Below are positions 26,770-36,410 of a stretch of 41,581 bases of DNA, piece by piece. Source of the DNA: a virus (lineage: Duplodnaviria > Caudoviricetes); the IMG/VR virus record IMGVR_UViG_3300030397_000264, positions 1-41,581 of that record; one strand, given 5' to 3'. Positions within the stretch are counted from its first letter, which is position 1. Every line of letters begins with the position of its first letter. Below the pieces are notes generated by a model. The model was not told the DNA's origin and ran no database searches. It was given only the letters and a program-made list of their open reading frames with translations. The position numbers were made by a program, and so were the translations under genes.

Positions 26770-29700
26770 AGTAGAGCAGGTTGTGGTTGGTAAACTCGAG
26801 TTCGACGATCTTCGTGAAGTCGCCCACTGGTGGAATGGTTACGGAGACGCTGGCCTCGGTGCGCTCGCAGATCACCATATAGGTTTTCTCGGCTTCATTG
26901 ATGCCAGCGCCCGTGACGTTGAACACGCGAACTTCAACCGTATCGTCTGCGGTAACGATCCCGCGAGGAATCAGGCCGGCATTCAGGTCCGAAGGAGCGC
27001 CGATCGTCACGCCATCATTAACACGGGCACCGGGAACAGTCACCGACAATGCCTGCGACGAGTTCGCCGCGACTAGCGGAAAATCGAGGTCTGCACTCAC
27101 GGCCAGCTTCGTGATGACATCAGCTGCAGTCGTGCTCTCAAGATTGAGAAGCGCCAGCTCGTTCCCGGCACCTGTGTTATTGAGGATTGTCGCGCTGCCC
27201 AGGTTCGCGCCCGTCGAGATGCCGTACTGCTGGACCTTAACCGCGAGTGGGTCGGAGCAGTCGTTATTCTGCACCGAGATGTTAGATCCGCCATCGAGGT
27301 AGATGCCGGCACGCTCCGCGTCGGTCAGCGCATTGTCGGCACCGCAGCTGACTGCCTGGCAATCATGGATTCTGATCCGGTCGCCGGCAGTAACCTTGAA
27401 GCCAGGGCCTCCCAGGTCGTGCGCTGTCACCTGGAATATTTCGATCTCGGTGCCACCGAGCACAAGCAGACCTGGTTGGCTGCTCTGCGTGCGCCTGGCT
27501 ACCGTGCCTCCGATGACTTTTAGCCTGGTGCAATTGACGAACTTCATTTGAGGCTCGTCGAAATTATCCTCCGATCGGCAGTTGATAACATCGAGGTCGA
27601 CGCACAGCGTGGCCAGCAGCCCACCGCTCGTATTCTGGTCGAAATTGTTCTCGTTGAGGCGCACGCGCCGGCAGTCATTGAGATCGATGCCTTTGCCGAA
27701 CCAGTCCTCGATGTTACAATTCCGAATAATCAGGTCATTAACCAGCGTGGCTTTAATCCCGGTCACGTTGGTCGATGGGGAGGCCCCACCCAGGCCCGTA
27801 AACGTGATGCCGTCAATGACGGTGCCGTCTGCGCCTGCGATCAGCTCTATGCACGGCACGTCAGCTGATACCGTCGAGACGCCGAACCTGGTGCCCGTCG
27901 TATCGCCAAACCAACCCGATGCCCATCCCTTGAGCGTCACCTGCTTATTGATGACGACGGGATTCAAGAACAGATAATCGCCTGGTGGGAATACGATGAC
28001 CGAGCCAGGCTCAATGGTATCGATCAGCGCCTGCAGTCGAAGAGAGACGTCGACGCCGGCCTGTGGCATACCCCACTCGACGGCTGAATACCAGCCTGCT
28101 GGGTCCAGGTTTTGAACACGGGTGTTGGAGAATCCGAGCGCATTGCCCGTGCCCCGGTTGCCCTGCATCGATGCCTGGTAGTTCCCAATGACCATGATCC
28201 CATACTGGCCGTTGTTGGTCACCACGTTGTTGGAGACAATCGAGTTCTGGATCTCGGCCAGCACGATACCGGAGGCTTCCTCCGGAGGCAGTAGGGCATT
28301 GGTGCCGTTGCCATCGATGATGTTATTCGAGCAGATCAGATGGTTGATGACCGCCAGGCCCGTGCCCAGCAGCATGCCGCGGCCACCATTGGTCAGCGAC
28401 GAGTTCCCAATTACGCGCGTCACACCAAGCGATGCGATAAGGGCAAAGCCGTCGCCCTCGTTCTGCTCTGCGCGGTTTCCAATCCAGGAGTTGCCACCGT
28501 TCGTACCGAAGAGGCCCTCGGCGAAGCCACCGCCATCGTTATTGAAGGCGACGTTGTCCCGGATAATTGAGTCCCTGAGTGAAAGCAGAGCTCCATCACC
28601 ACCGTTGTTGACGAACGCGTTGTTGAGGATCTCGCACTGGTGGCTGGTCTCACCGCCAAAGAGGATGTCCGGATCGAGCGTGTCGATGCCGTGGCTCGTA
28701 AAGTTGGTGACCTCGCACCGTATCATCCGGAAGCGATAGGCATTGATGAATTCGACCGCGTGGGTGTCGGTCGCCGTGCCAAAGTTCACCCCATCCTTAT
28801 TGCCGATGAACTTGATACTCTCGAACACAACGCCAGAATGCTGTGCGCTCGTGGTGACGGTGTCGACTACTCGGAAGAGGGCAGTGTCGATCGTGGAGCT
28901 GGAGAGGATGATCGTACCCGATGCCGTCACCGGGAATCCCGTCTGGCCGTTGTCCTCGTGGTAGGATGGGGACTCGCCTTTGAGCTGGACCACCTTGCTG
29001 TCGATGTCGACTCGCGCACCGATCACGGTGCGCTTCGAAGGCAGGAGGATGGTTGCGCCTCCTCGAGCTGCGTCGATCGTGGCCTGGATCGCTGCCGAGT
29101 CATCGCTCACGCCGTCCCATTTGGCACCAAACCACTCGGTTCGCCAGGGCTCGTCTTCGGCAAAGATGCGGTGCCAGCGTTTCCCATCGGCTGAGACAAA
29201 GACCGTGCCTCCGTCTGCCGGCGTGGAGGTATCAAGGGGATCACCCAGGAACAGGCCTCCTCCCGTCATCGCAGTCCCGCTCTGGAATTGCCGAACGAAT
29301 ACCGTGGTTGCTGCAGCGCCGACATTCGTGGTGCCCAGGTCAGCCACGGTGTCGAGCGTCACCGTGGTCGTATTCGTGGTGATATTGATGGTGCCCAGGT
29401 TGCCAGTAAGCACGGATGCGCCACTTGGCCCTTCCTCAACGCCCTGGGTTACGGTCGTCGATGTGCCCGGATCATCCTCTAGGACGCGGAACCAGAAGCC
29501 CTCCATGACACGCTCGGGCTGGCTGCCTCGCCAGGTCAGCTCATTATACCACATGTAAAAATCCAGGTCCGTCGTATCCGGACGCTCGATCTCGGCATAT
29601 TGATCGACCTCTGGCGCGTTGAAAAACGTCTCGACGTGGACGATCGTCCCGGAGATCTGGCGCACGGGCTGGAAGAAGGCACGCAGGCGCTCAACACCCC

Positions 29701-31402
29701 ACAGCTCGTCGAGGTTGATGTTGTTCGCCGTGCCTCCGTAGCCAAACTGCCAATCCGTCGCTGTGCCCACGTCCGCCTCGGTTGAGTCCAGCTGGCGAAT
29801 CGAGGAATGGAAGGTAGAGAGAGGCCCTTCGCCCGTTACAACCGTGACGGTGTCGAGCGTATCTGATCCCGGAATCGTATCGGAGACGACCGTGGTCAGC
29901 GTGGCCTCGGTCACCAGGAGTCCATCCCGGATGAACTCGATCATGACGTCGTCGAACCTGGTGACCAGCTGCGTTTTGCCTGTGGTCAGGTCATCCTCCT
30001 CGATGACACCGTAAATCTCGATGTCGACCGCGCCACTCTGAGCATCGAGCACGGGTGTGGTAGTAGAGAACTCCCACCAGTTTGCGCTCGGATTGAACAG
30101 GTGCAGGTTGACCCGATTCCAGGTCACGCTGGCCGTCCAGCTGCTGGTAGCCCAATTGTAATAATTCGAGCCAACCTTCAGCCTCCACACCCACACGGTC
30201 TTCTTACCCACCGGGAGGTCGTTCCACTGTGGCTGCTTGATCTGCACCCGGAAGCGTATTTGATACCCACTGGCAGACTCGATCGTCTCCGAAGTTATCT
30301 GCCGGATTCCCCGGTTGGGCAGGGTTGTCGGTAGGTCCGGGTCGGCCTGGAAGCTCGTCGGGATGTTGATCGCCTTTCCGGAGCCTCCAAATCCATCGGT
30401 CGACGTGGTTATTGAGTCGCCCGTGCCCAATAGCTCCCAGCCAGGCAGTGGGGTGCCTTCGGTCTCAAAGTCGGTGTTGTCAAATAGCTCGGTCAGCTTC
30501 CCGTGCTGGTAAACGATCGATGCCTGGTTGATCGGCTGGACGCCTCGCGCCCTGGGCACAGCTCGGAAAATATTCGACGTGCGGCCGGTCGGATACTTTG
30601 CCAGCGGGAGATCGGTATAGGGTGTGTCCTTGGCTCCGTCCGAGTCGTAGTGGAACACGTAAATGAAATCCGGAGAGGGCTGAACATCGCGCCTGGCGTG
30701 GAGGAATTGCCACCGGCCTTTATACTGAAAGAGCTGGACCTGAAACCTGTTACAGATGTCATCGATGACCTGCTGGCATGTAAACGAGCGCCCATCATCA
30801 TCGGTGTAGCTCAGGGCCTCCTTCGTATGGTGCCACATCGAATCGTGCGTCCCGATCAGGAGCGGGTTTGTCGCCAGGTGCGACGTCCACATCATGTGCG
30901 TCGCCAGCCCGATATCGATTCCCAGCGGTTTGAGCGCCAGCGCTGCCATGTCGACGAAGCTGCGCTGGCCGGCATATGGCACGCCGGCAGATGCCTCCCA
31001 GGTGATGTCCGGAAGCGAGGCCATGCGATCGGTGGCCGTCAAAACTGATTCCCCAGCGACGTAGAGGCCATAGTCGTACGAATCCGGATTCACAAACCCG
31101 CGCCAGTAAAGCTCGGTGTTGTCATCGTTCCAGATCTCGGCGACGAAGCTCGAGTTATTTGCGGAGAAGAGGTCTTGGAATAGCCCGGTCCCGTCATCGA
31201 TGAAGGCAAACTCGGCTCTCGAGGGAGCATACCACCAGTGCGGCTCATCGATGTTGGTCTTATAGATGACCTTCCACGGGTCCTCGCCTGGTTTGAGGTC
31301 AGTGACCACGCCCACGAAGCCCTCGGTGAGAAAGTCAACCCGCCACATCTCCTGCGTCTGCCGGTTGAAGTGCTCGATGCGATATTTAACTCCCAGCGCC
31401 AT
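26762..31402 (-). CDS. Large tail tip/hub protein fused to a CBM-like domain and two pectate-lyase-like beta-helix modules
   Basis: Follows tape measure; N-terminal hub region; WFGAKWDGVSDDSAAIQATIDA and a second LQALIDT..PGSVIVFPPGDY beta-helix start. Confidence 0.8.
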   Translation of the reverse strand: MALGVKYRIEHFNRQTQEMWRVDFLTEGFVGVVTDLKPGEDPWKVIYKTNIDEPHWWYAPSRAEFAFIDDGTGLFQDLFSANNSSFVAEIWNDDNTELYWRGFVNPDSYDYGLYVAGESVLTATDRMASLPDITWEASAGVPYAGQRSFVDMAALALKPLGIDIGLATHMMWTSHLATNPLLIGTHDSMWHHTKEALSYTDDDGRSFTCQQVIDDICNRFQVQLFQYKGRWQFLHARRDVQPSPDFIYVFHYDSDGAKDTPYTDLPLAKYPTGRTSNIFRAVPRARGVQPINQASIVYQHGKLTELFDNTDFETEGTPLPGWELLGTGDSITTSTDGFGGSGKAINIPTSFQADPDLPTTLPNRGIRQITSETIESASGYQIRFRVQIKQPQWNDLPVGKKTVWVWRLKVGSNYYNWATSSWTASVTWNRVNLHLFNPSANWWEFSTTTPVLDAQSGAVDIEIYGVIEEDDLTTGKTQLVTRFDDVMIEFIRDGLLVTEATLTTVVSDTIPGSDTLDTVTVVTGEGPLSTFHSSIRQLDSTEADVGTATDWQFGYGGTANNINLDELWGVERLRAFFQPVRQISGTIVHVETFFNAPEVDQYAEIERPDTTDLDFYMWYNELTWRGSQPERVMEGFWFRVLEDDPGTSTTVTQGVEEGPSGASVLTGNLGTINITTNTTTVTLDTVADLGTTNVGAAATTVFVRQFQSGTAMTGGGLFLGDPLDTSTPADGGTVFVSADGKRWHRIFAEDEPWRTEWFGAKWDGVSDDSAAIQATIDAARGGATILLPSKRTVIGARVDIDSKVVQLKGESPSYHEDNGQTGFPVTASGTIILSSSTIDTALFRVVDTVTTSAQHSGVVFESIKFIGNKDGVNFGTATDTHAVEFINAYRFRMIRCEVTNFTSHGIDTLDPDILFGGETSHQCEILNNAFVNNGGDGALLSLRDSIIRDNVAFNNDGGGFAEGLFGTNGGNSWIGNRAEQNEGDGFALIASLGVTRVIGNSSLTNGGRGMLLGTGLAVINHLICSNNIIDGNGTNALLPPEEASGIVLAEIQNSIVSNNVVTNNGQYGIMVIGNYQASMQGNRGTGNALGFSNTRVQNLDPAGWYSAVEWGMPQAGVDVSLRLQALIDTIEPGSVIVFPPGDYLFLNPVVINKQVTLKGWASGWFGDTTGTRFGVSTVSADVPCIELIAGADGTVIDGITFTGLGGASPSTNVTGIKATLVNDLIIRNCNIEDWFGKGIDLNDCRRVRLNENNFDQNTSGGLLATLCVDLDVINCRSEDNFDEPQMKFVNCTRLKVIGGTVARRTQSSQPGLLVLGGTEIEIFQVTAHDLGGPGFKVTAGDRIRIHDCQAVSCGADNALTDAERAGIYLDGGSNISVQNNDCSDPLAVKVQQYGISTGANLGSATILNNTGAGNELALLNLESTTAADVITKLAVSADLDFPLVAANSSQALSVTVPGARVNDGVTIGAPSDLNAGLIPRGIVTADDTVEVRVFNVTGAGINEAEKTYMVICERTEASVSVTIPPVGDFTKIVELEFTNHNLLYYG

Positions 31403-31405
31403 CGA

Positions 31406-33649
31406 TTAGAATCCGTGGTTCCTCTTTTGGCGCTTCTCAGCTTCACGCACCAGCAGCAGCAGCGCATCAGCTGCGATACGCACCGTGTCGAATCGGAAGA
31501 AGAACTCCCCACCGGCCTGAACGCGCTGGGCCTGGTTCGGGGTGACTGCAGCGCCTGTTGGAGCTGGCAGGGCACGAACGGCGCTCGAGAGAGCGTCTGC
31601 GATGCCGGATGCATCAATTTCGGCCATGACCGTACGAGGCCCTGAGAGCGTCTCTACGGGCCTTGAAGGTTCGGGTACGTTTGTGCTCGACGGCTCGGAG
31701 AAGCGGGGAACAGCCCCCAGCGACGCCTCAACCTGAAGCGCAGAGAGCCTTTCGGTCAACGTTTGGTCAAAGTCGCGCATATCGAAGTCCGGCCTGGCTG
31801 CTGTGACCAGGCGATCGAACATGACATCGAGGCGATCGAGCGGAATAACTGCTTCCGCGCCTCGCTCGCCGATCTGCGCCAGCGTCGGGCCTGTGACCAC
31901 ACCGCCTTCTGCTAAACCCGGGATGCCGAGTTGACCGAGGAAAAGACTGCCAAATGAGCCACCTCCAGTGAGCGCACCCAGGCCGGCAGTAAAGCCGGCG
32001 CTAATCAGCCTGCTGAGTGTGCGTCGCAGGATGCCCTGGAGTGAGCCGAGCGCGTCCTCGAGGTCTCGGACCCCGGTCACGGCTTCGGCGAATACGTTGA
32101 CGAATCCCTCGCCGATCAGGAATGTCGTCTGCAGGAGCGCTCGCTCTGCTATTTCGGCTTCGGTCAGCGAGTTAATGAAGTCCTCGTTGCTCTGCTTGGC
32201 TGTGGCCTGCTGCTCAACCAGGCTCGCCAGCTCGGTGCGATACTGCGCGAATGCCTCACTGCTTACATCGACGCCTTCGGTCGCCAGGCCCCGGAATAGC
32301 TGAGTGAGAAGGGCAATGCGCTGTGCGACCTCCTGGGACTCGCTCAAAATGCCGGCATCGATCTGGCGCTGCAGCACCACGGACTTACGCGCAAACTGGT
32401 CGAAGGAGTCCTCGGCCTCACTGGTATCGATCGCCGGAAGTGGGGGAAGTTCAGTTGCCAGCTGGCGCAGGAGCTTTTCTGCCTCCTGCTGTAGGTTTCC
32501 GGTGTCGAGGTTTAGATCGATCGCAGCTGCTACCGGAGCAACTTCGGGCACATCAATGTCACCCGTCGACGTATCGAAAGCCAGGCCACCAAGCGTGTCC
32601 TTGGTCTGCTCGGCGATGCGGTTCGTCAGCTCGATCTCACGCTTTTGCGCTTTCAGGTTGGCGAGCAGCTCCTCTGCGATCGTCAGACGCTCCTTGGCAA
32701 TTTTGCGCTGCTCATTGAGGGCATTAATCTGCTCCTGGGTGAAGCGCCTGCCTCCTTGACCAGGTCCGGAGCCTCTGCCGGTGGAAGCGCCAGCACGCCC
32801 GAGGCCAACCCCACCTGAGAGCGAAGCGCTCTGGAATGCACTCCGGGCATCCTCGAATATTTCAGTAGTGGCCTGCAGCCTGGCCTGCGCCAGGGCAATG
32901 GCCTGGTCGATGCTCTCGGCCTCGATTTCGAATGCGACCTCCGGAGAGGCGACGGTGATGATGTCGGTGAGTGTGCCTTTGATCTCCTTCGCCGATGCCG
33001 TCGCAGCCTCTCGGCCTTTCCGGAATGCAGCGACTATATCATCGCCAAACGTCAGAATTGCAAACGATGCAGCCTGGAATAAGAAAATCAGGCCGGCGGG
33101 ACCGAGAAGAGCTCCTTTGAGAGCGCTGGCAACGCTGGTCCCGGTCAGCTGGGCCTGTGTTCGTAGCCTGCCGAAGCCCTCGAGGATAACGGGGATGTTA
33201 TTCGCCACACCAATAAATCCAAAAGCAGCGTCCTCGAGACCACGCCCGAGCTGGATCACTGCGTTGGTTGCCTGCCTCGAGGCGCCTCCTGTCGTTCCGA
33301 GCTGGCGATTGAGGCCATCGATGCGATTATCGAGGTTCTGGACGACCGCTGTGTCATCCTTATACGCATCCCGGAGCCTGCGGAGTTGGCGTACCTGGTC
33401 CTCGAGCTGGGCAGTCGTCTTGATGCCCAGGCGATTTAGCTCCTGCTGGGTATCGATGAACTGATCAGCTGGACGTACGACGCCCTCGATGCCCACACCT
33501 GCTCGAGCAGCTGCCTGGGCAATAGATCCCAGCGAAGTCTGGAACCGATTCGTACTGGCAGCAAGTCTGCCTTGTTGTTGCTCAAACCGGCGTGGCGCTG
33601 TCTGGTCCAGCTCATAACCAACGCCGATCGAGACACTACCAATTTCCAT
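31406..33649 (-). CDS. Tail tape measure protein
   Basis: 747 aa, Ala/Leu-rich helical; EDAAFGFIGVANNIP and GLAEGGVVTGPTLAQIGERGAEAVIPL motifs; follows the chaperones. Confidence 0.9.
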   Translation of the reverse strand: MEIGSVSIGVGYELDQTAPRRFEQQQGRLAASTNRFQTSLGSIAQAAARAGVGIEGVVRPADQFIDTQQELNRLGIKTTAQLEDQVRQLRRLRDAYKDDTAVVQNLDNRIDGLNRQLGTTGGASRQATNAVIQLGRGLEDAAFGFIGVANNIPVILEGFGRLRTQAQLTGTSVASALKGALLGPAGLIFLFQAASFAILTFGDDIVAAFRKGREAATASAKEIKGTLTDIITVASPEVAFEIEAESIDQAIALAQARLQATTEIFEDARSAFQSASLSGGVGLGRAGASTGRGSGPGQGGRRFTQEQINALNEQRKIAKERLTIAEELLANLKAQKREIELTNRIAEQTKDTLGGLAFDTSTGDIDVPEVAPVAAAIDLNLDTGNLQQEAEKLLRQLATELPPLPAIDTSEAEDSFDQFARKSVVLQRQIDAGILSESQEVAQRIALLTQLFRGLATEGVDVSSEAFAQYRTELASLVEQQATAKQSNEDFINSLTEAEIAERALLQTTFLIGEGFVNVFAEAVTGVRDLEDALGSLQGILRRTLSRLISAGFTAGLGALTGGGSFGSLFLGQLGIPGLAEGGVVTGPTLAQIGERGAEAVIPLDRLDVMFDRLVTAARPDFDMRDFDQTLTERLSALQVEASLGAVPRFSEPSSTNVPEPSRPVETLSGPRTVMAEIDASGIADALSSAVRALPAPTGAAVTPNQAQRVQAGGEFFFRFDTVRIAADALLLLVREAEKRQKRNHGF

Positions 33650-33670
33650 GTCGGCGTAGTCTTTAGCGGA

Positions 33671-33976
33671 TTACTCCTTCCGCGATTTCTTCTTCGGCTG
33701 TGGTGCGTTGGTGAAGATCACGCTCCGGTCCTCCTTCATCACCGTGATGATCACGTGCTGCTTTCGGAACCGAGGCCCGATCGTCGGACCAGAGTTAGGC
33801 TTCCTGTCGGATTTTTCGCCTTTGACCAGCTCCATTTCGGCGTGGCCCTGCTCCTGGGGAGTTATCCAGGCCAGGTCGTCTTCGAAGCGGATGATATGAG
33901 CATCCGAATCGTCGAACGAGAACGCTTTCAGGAGCACAGGCAAAATGGCATCCCAATCACCCTTTCTGATAATCAT
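33671..33976 (-). CDS. Hypothetical protein between tail chaperone and tape measure
   Basis: AGGAGG RBS; 101 aa. Confidence 0.6.
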   Translation of the reverse strand: MIIRKGDWDAILPVLLKAFSFDDSDAHIIRFEDDLAWITPQEQGHAEMELVKGEKSDRKPNSGPTIGPRFRKQHVIITVMKEDRSVIFTNAPQPKKKSRKE

Positions 33977-33987
33977 AGTTAACCTCC

Positions 33988-34485
33988 TTAATAGGCGACT
34001 TCTGCGCCGTTTTGACCCATAAACATGACCGATGCTTCGCGCTCCTTGATGGCCTCAAGGACTGCCTCTACATACTCCTGATCGATCACCGGCTTCGTAC
34101 TGGTGCCCGTCCAGGACTCGAAGAAATCGCTCGGCTTCATCAGCTTCCACGGTTTCTCCTTGGATGAGTAGGCGCTGCCGAGCAGGTTGATTATCTCACA
34201 AGTCCAGGCCGATGCGACCAAATACTCGTGATCGATCCGCTGCTTTTCACGACGCGCGAACGATCGCACGACCCGGTTAAGGTCGCGCATGCTCATCTGC
34301 CAGAATTCATCGAGCGTTAATCCCACATCGAGCGCTGTGTCGATGAGCGATTCCCAGTCTAGCCTACCATGCTCGTCTACTTGGCTGCCGTCTTCTTCTT
34401 CGGCGTCTTCTGCTCCGCTTTCGCTTTGAGAGACTCCAGAACCGGCTCCAGACCCTTCGCCAGGTCCGGATACTGGTGGAAAAAA
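33988..34485 (-). CDS. Tail assembly chaperone C-terminal extension (gpT-like), probably made by -1 frameshift
   Basis: Open -1 frame overlapping gpG; GLTLDEFWQMSMRDL motif typical of gpT-like domains. Confidence 0.75.
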   Translation of the reverse strand, partial: FFPPVSGPGEGSGAGSGVSQSESGAEDAEEEDGSQVDEHGRLDWESLIDTALDVGLTLDEFWQMSMRDLNRVVRSFARREKQRIDHEYLVASAWTCEIINLLGSAYSSKEKPWKLMKPSDFFESWTGTSTKPVIDQEYVEAVLEAIKEREASVMFMGQNGAEVAY

Positions 34486-34766
34486 TCCACGATCGCCCAC
34501 GCGATGGCCGTGTCAAACAGGTCCGCAGGGCCTTCATCAAATAAGGCTGCCACGTCCCGGCGTGATTTGATACCATGCTGGCCGTCGAGCATTACATAGC
34601 CCAGCGCCAGGTTGTAGGTGATCTGCCCACCCGTCCACCGCAGGACGCCAGTTCCGAGAAGTGTCTCGGCTTCTGATACCTTCCAGTGGCTGAGTTTGAG
34701 CTTGTAGGTTTTGCCGTCGTATTCGACTGAGTGCTCCCCGGTTGGGGACGTATTGTTGGTGCTCAT
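34377..34766 (-). CDS. Tail assembly chaperone (gpG-like)
   Basis: After tail tube; VEYDGKTYKLKLS...EAETLLG. Confidence 0.75.
   Translation of the reverse strand: MSTNNTSPTGEHSVEYDGKTYKLKLSHWKVSEAETLLGTGVLRWTGGQITYNLALGYVMLDGQHGIKSRRDVAALFDEGPADLFDTAIAWAIVDFFHQYPDLAKGLEPVLESLKAKAEQKTPKKKTAAK
34479..34485 (-). other. Programmed -1 ribosomal frameshift slippery site T TTT TTC
   Basis: X XXY YYZ heptamer in the gpG frame (gaT TTT TTC) opening into the gpT frame. Confidence 0.65.
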
Positions 34767-34791
34767 TGAATTCCGCTATTTGGGTTATTGA

Positions 34792-35256
34792 TTAAGTGGA
34801 GGCTGCCTCGCGTACGTAGGCACCTACGCCAGAAAGCGTGGCCGTGAAGGTTGCCACTTCGTTGACGTTTTCCGTGATCTCGAAGCTGAGAACTCGGCCT
34901 TCACCCCGTCGCTGCTGGTTTGCTGCGCCTGTGGGAGTAGAGAGCCAGAAGACCGACTTTCCATCCTGAGTCGTAGCAAGGCCAGCATCCTCGAGGATCT
35001 GTTGTGCCGCGTTGCCCTCCTTCGAGAGGTTTCCGTTCACCGATAACTGGTAACTCTGCTGGCCTGCGAAAGCGATCACAAAGCCACCCGAGTCCTTGTC
35101 GACCGCGGGGATTTCCTCCGCGTTCAGGGAGAGCTGGTGCCCAACCTCAAGACCCAGGGCTGTGTAGTTCGCCGTCGTGCCGGGCAGCGCAGGCTCGGTA
35201 GGACCTGCAGCCAGGTAAAGCCCGTAATCGTTACCGACGTGTCTTACATCTGCCAT
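34792..35256 (-). CDS. Major tail tube protein
   Basis: LSLNAEEI.AVDKDSGG...SYQLSVNG...ATFTATLSGVG, TP901-1-like tube motifs. Confidence 0.85.
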   Translation of the reverse strand: MADVRHVGNDYGLYLAAGPTEPALPGTTANYTALGLEVGHQLSLNAEEIPAVDKDSGGFVIAFAGQQSYQLSVNGNLSKEGNAAQQILEDAGLATTQDGKSVFWLSTPTGAANQQRRGEGRVLSFEITENVNEVATFTATLSGVGAYVREAAST

Positions 35257-35651
35257 TAGACTATTCGATCAAATAAAAATTGAAAGTTGATGTCCGCGGA
35301 CCTGCCTCGGTCGCCCAGGAGCGTCTCCGATCGGTAGGTTCGCAGGTGCGATAGAGTCTGCCGCATTACACGCCAGGATGGGAGCGTCAGCTTAGGCTCC
35401 AGCGTCGTGACAATCTCATCGACGATGTCCTTGAGCACTTTTGCATCGTCCTCGAGGACGAATACTGTCAGCCGGGCCTCCGTGACGGGAATCGATCCCG
35501 CCTTGTCGTGCTGCGGCTTAATCGCTTCATCGATCATGAAGACGTATGGCATCTCGGGCTGCTTGGGCAGCCAGTCATACGTTTTCGCCGATGAAACGCC
35601 GGCCACAAGCGCGTCATAGAGGGCGACCTGGAGTTCCCATAATGGTGTCAT
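35256..35651 (-). CDS. Tail terminator/completion protein (DUF3168-like)
   Basis: ELQVALYDAL...YDWLP...MPYV; synteny. Confidence 0.75.
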   Translation of the reverse strand: MTPLWELQVALYDALVAGVSSAKTYDWLPKQPEMPYVFMIDEAIKPQHDKAGSIPVTEARLTVFVLEDDAKVLKDIVDEIVTTLEPKLTLPSWRVMRQTLSHLRTYRSETLLGDRGRSADINFQFLFDRIV

Positions 35652-36097
35652 GCAACTCTCCGAAGATTGAGAACTAGGATTGGAACAGCGCGATTCTCAG
35701 CGTGAGCGAGAGCAGGCCGCATATAGGGCCTGGCTGCGCGGTTGACGAACCTGGTGTGTGCCATCACCTGAACCGGACGTGGTGCGATCGATCTGCCAAA
35801 TGCGTGCGTCTGCAGGCGCTGGTGCGGACCAACCACCTGCACACCCGTAAACCCGAACTCTACAACTCGGGCATATGGCGTATCGGCAAAGACGACGCGA
35901 TGAAACGCTCCCGCATCGGCGATTGCTATCGAGTCCCGGAGCGCACCCGTCAATACGGGCACATGCCGGAGCGCCACTCGGCGCGTCGTCCTTGCCAGCT
36001 GGTCAGCAGCCTTGGGCAGCACCCTCGACTCGACCAGGCCGTTGAACCTACGCAGCGCATCTTGGTCGCCACGGTAGGTAACGATAACTCTAAGCAT
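35648..36097 (-). CDS. HK97 gp10-like tail-completion protein
   Basis: VPVLTGALRDSI...YARVVEFG...ARPYMRPA. Confidence 0.85.
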   Translation of the reverse strand: MLRVIVTYRGDQDALRRFNGLVESRVLPKAADQLARTTRRVALRHVPVLTGALRDSIAIADAGAFHRVVFADTPYARVVEFGFTGVQVVGPHQRLQTHAFGRSIAPRPVQVMAHTRFVNRAARPYMRPALAHAENRAVPILVLNLRRVA

Positions 36098-36410
36098 AAA
36101 GCACCAGGCAGGAGTCGTCTACCTCGCTGACCCGATCAACCCGGCCAGTAAAGACGCTGCCTTCAACATTCAGCGTTGCTGAGTCGCCCTTGTCCAGGCC
36201 CAGCCCCATGATCGAGACGGGAAAAAATACCCGACCCGAGCCTTTTGAGGTCTCGATGCCCATCGAAACATCCTGCCGGCGATCGTTCGTCTGCACGTCG
36301 ACCTTGCCGTCGTAGATGGTTATTGGCGTTCCAGCTACCTTCCGGCCACCAGAGCCTTCGCTGCTCGGTGTCCTGGTGAAGGTGCCCGAATGTTTGAAGT
36401 CAAGTCCCAT
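36090..36410 (-). CDS. Head closure / head-tail joining protein
   Basis: Small beta-rich ORF in the canonical position. Confidence 0.65.
   Translation of the reverse strand: MGLDFKHSGTFTRTPSSEGSGGRKVAGTPITIYDGKVDVQTNDRRQDVSMGIETSKGSGRVFFPVSIMGLGLDKGDSATLNVEGSVFTGRVDRVSEVDDSCLVLYA

Noticed and set aside
22780-33470. Long plus-strand ORFs antisense to the tail genes (and similar shadow ORFs elsewhere)
   Set aside because: Typical high-GC antisense shadows with no RBS, coupling or motifs
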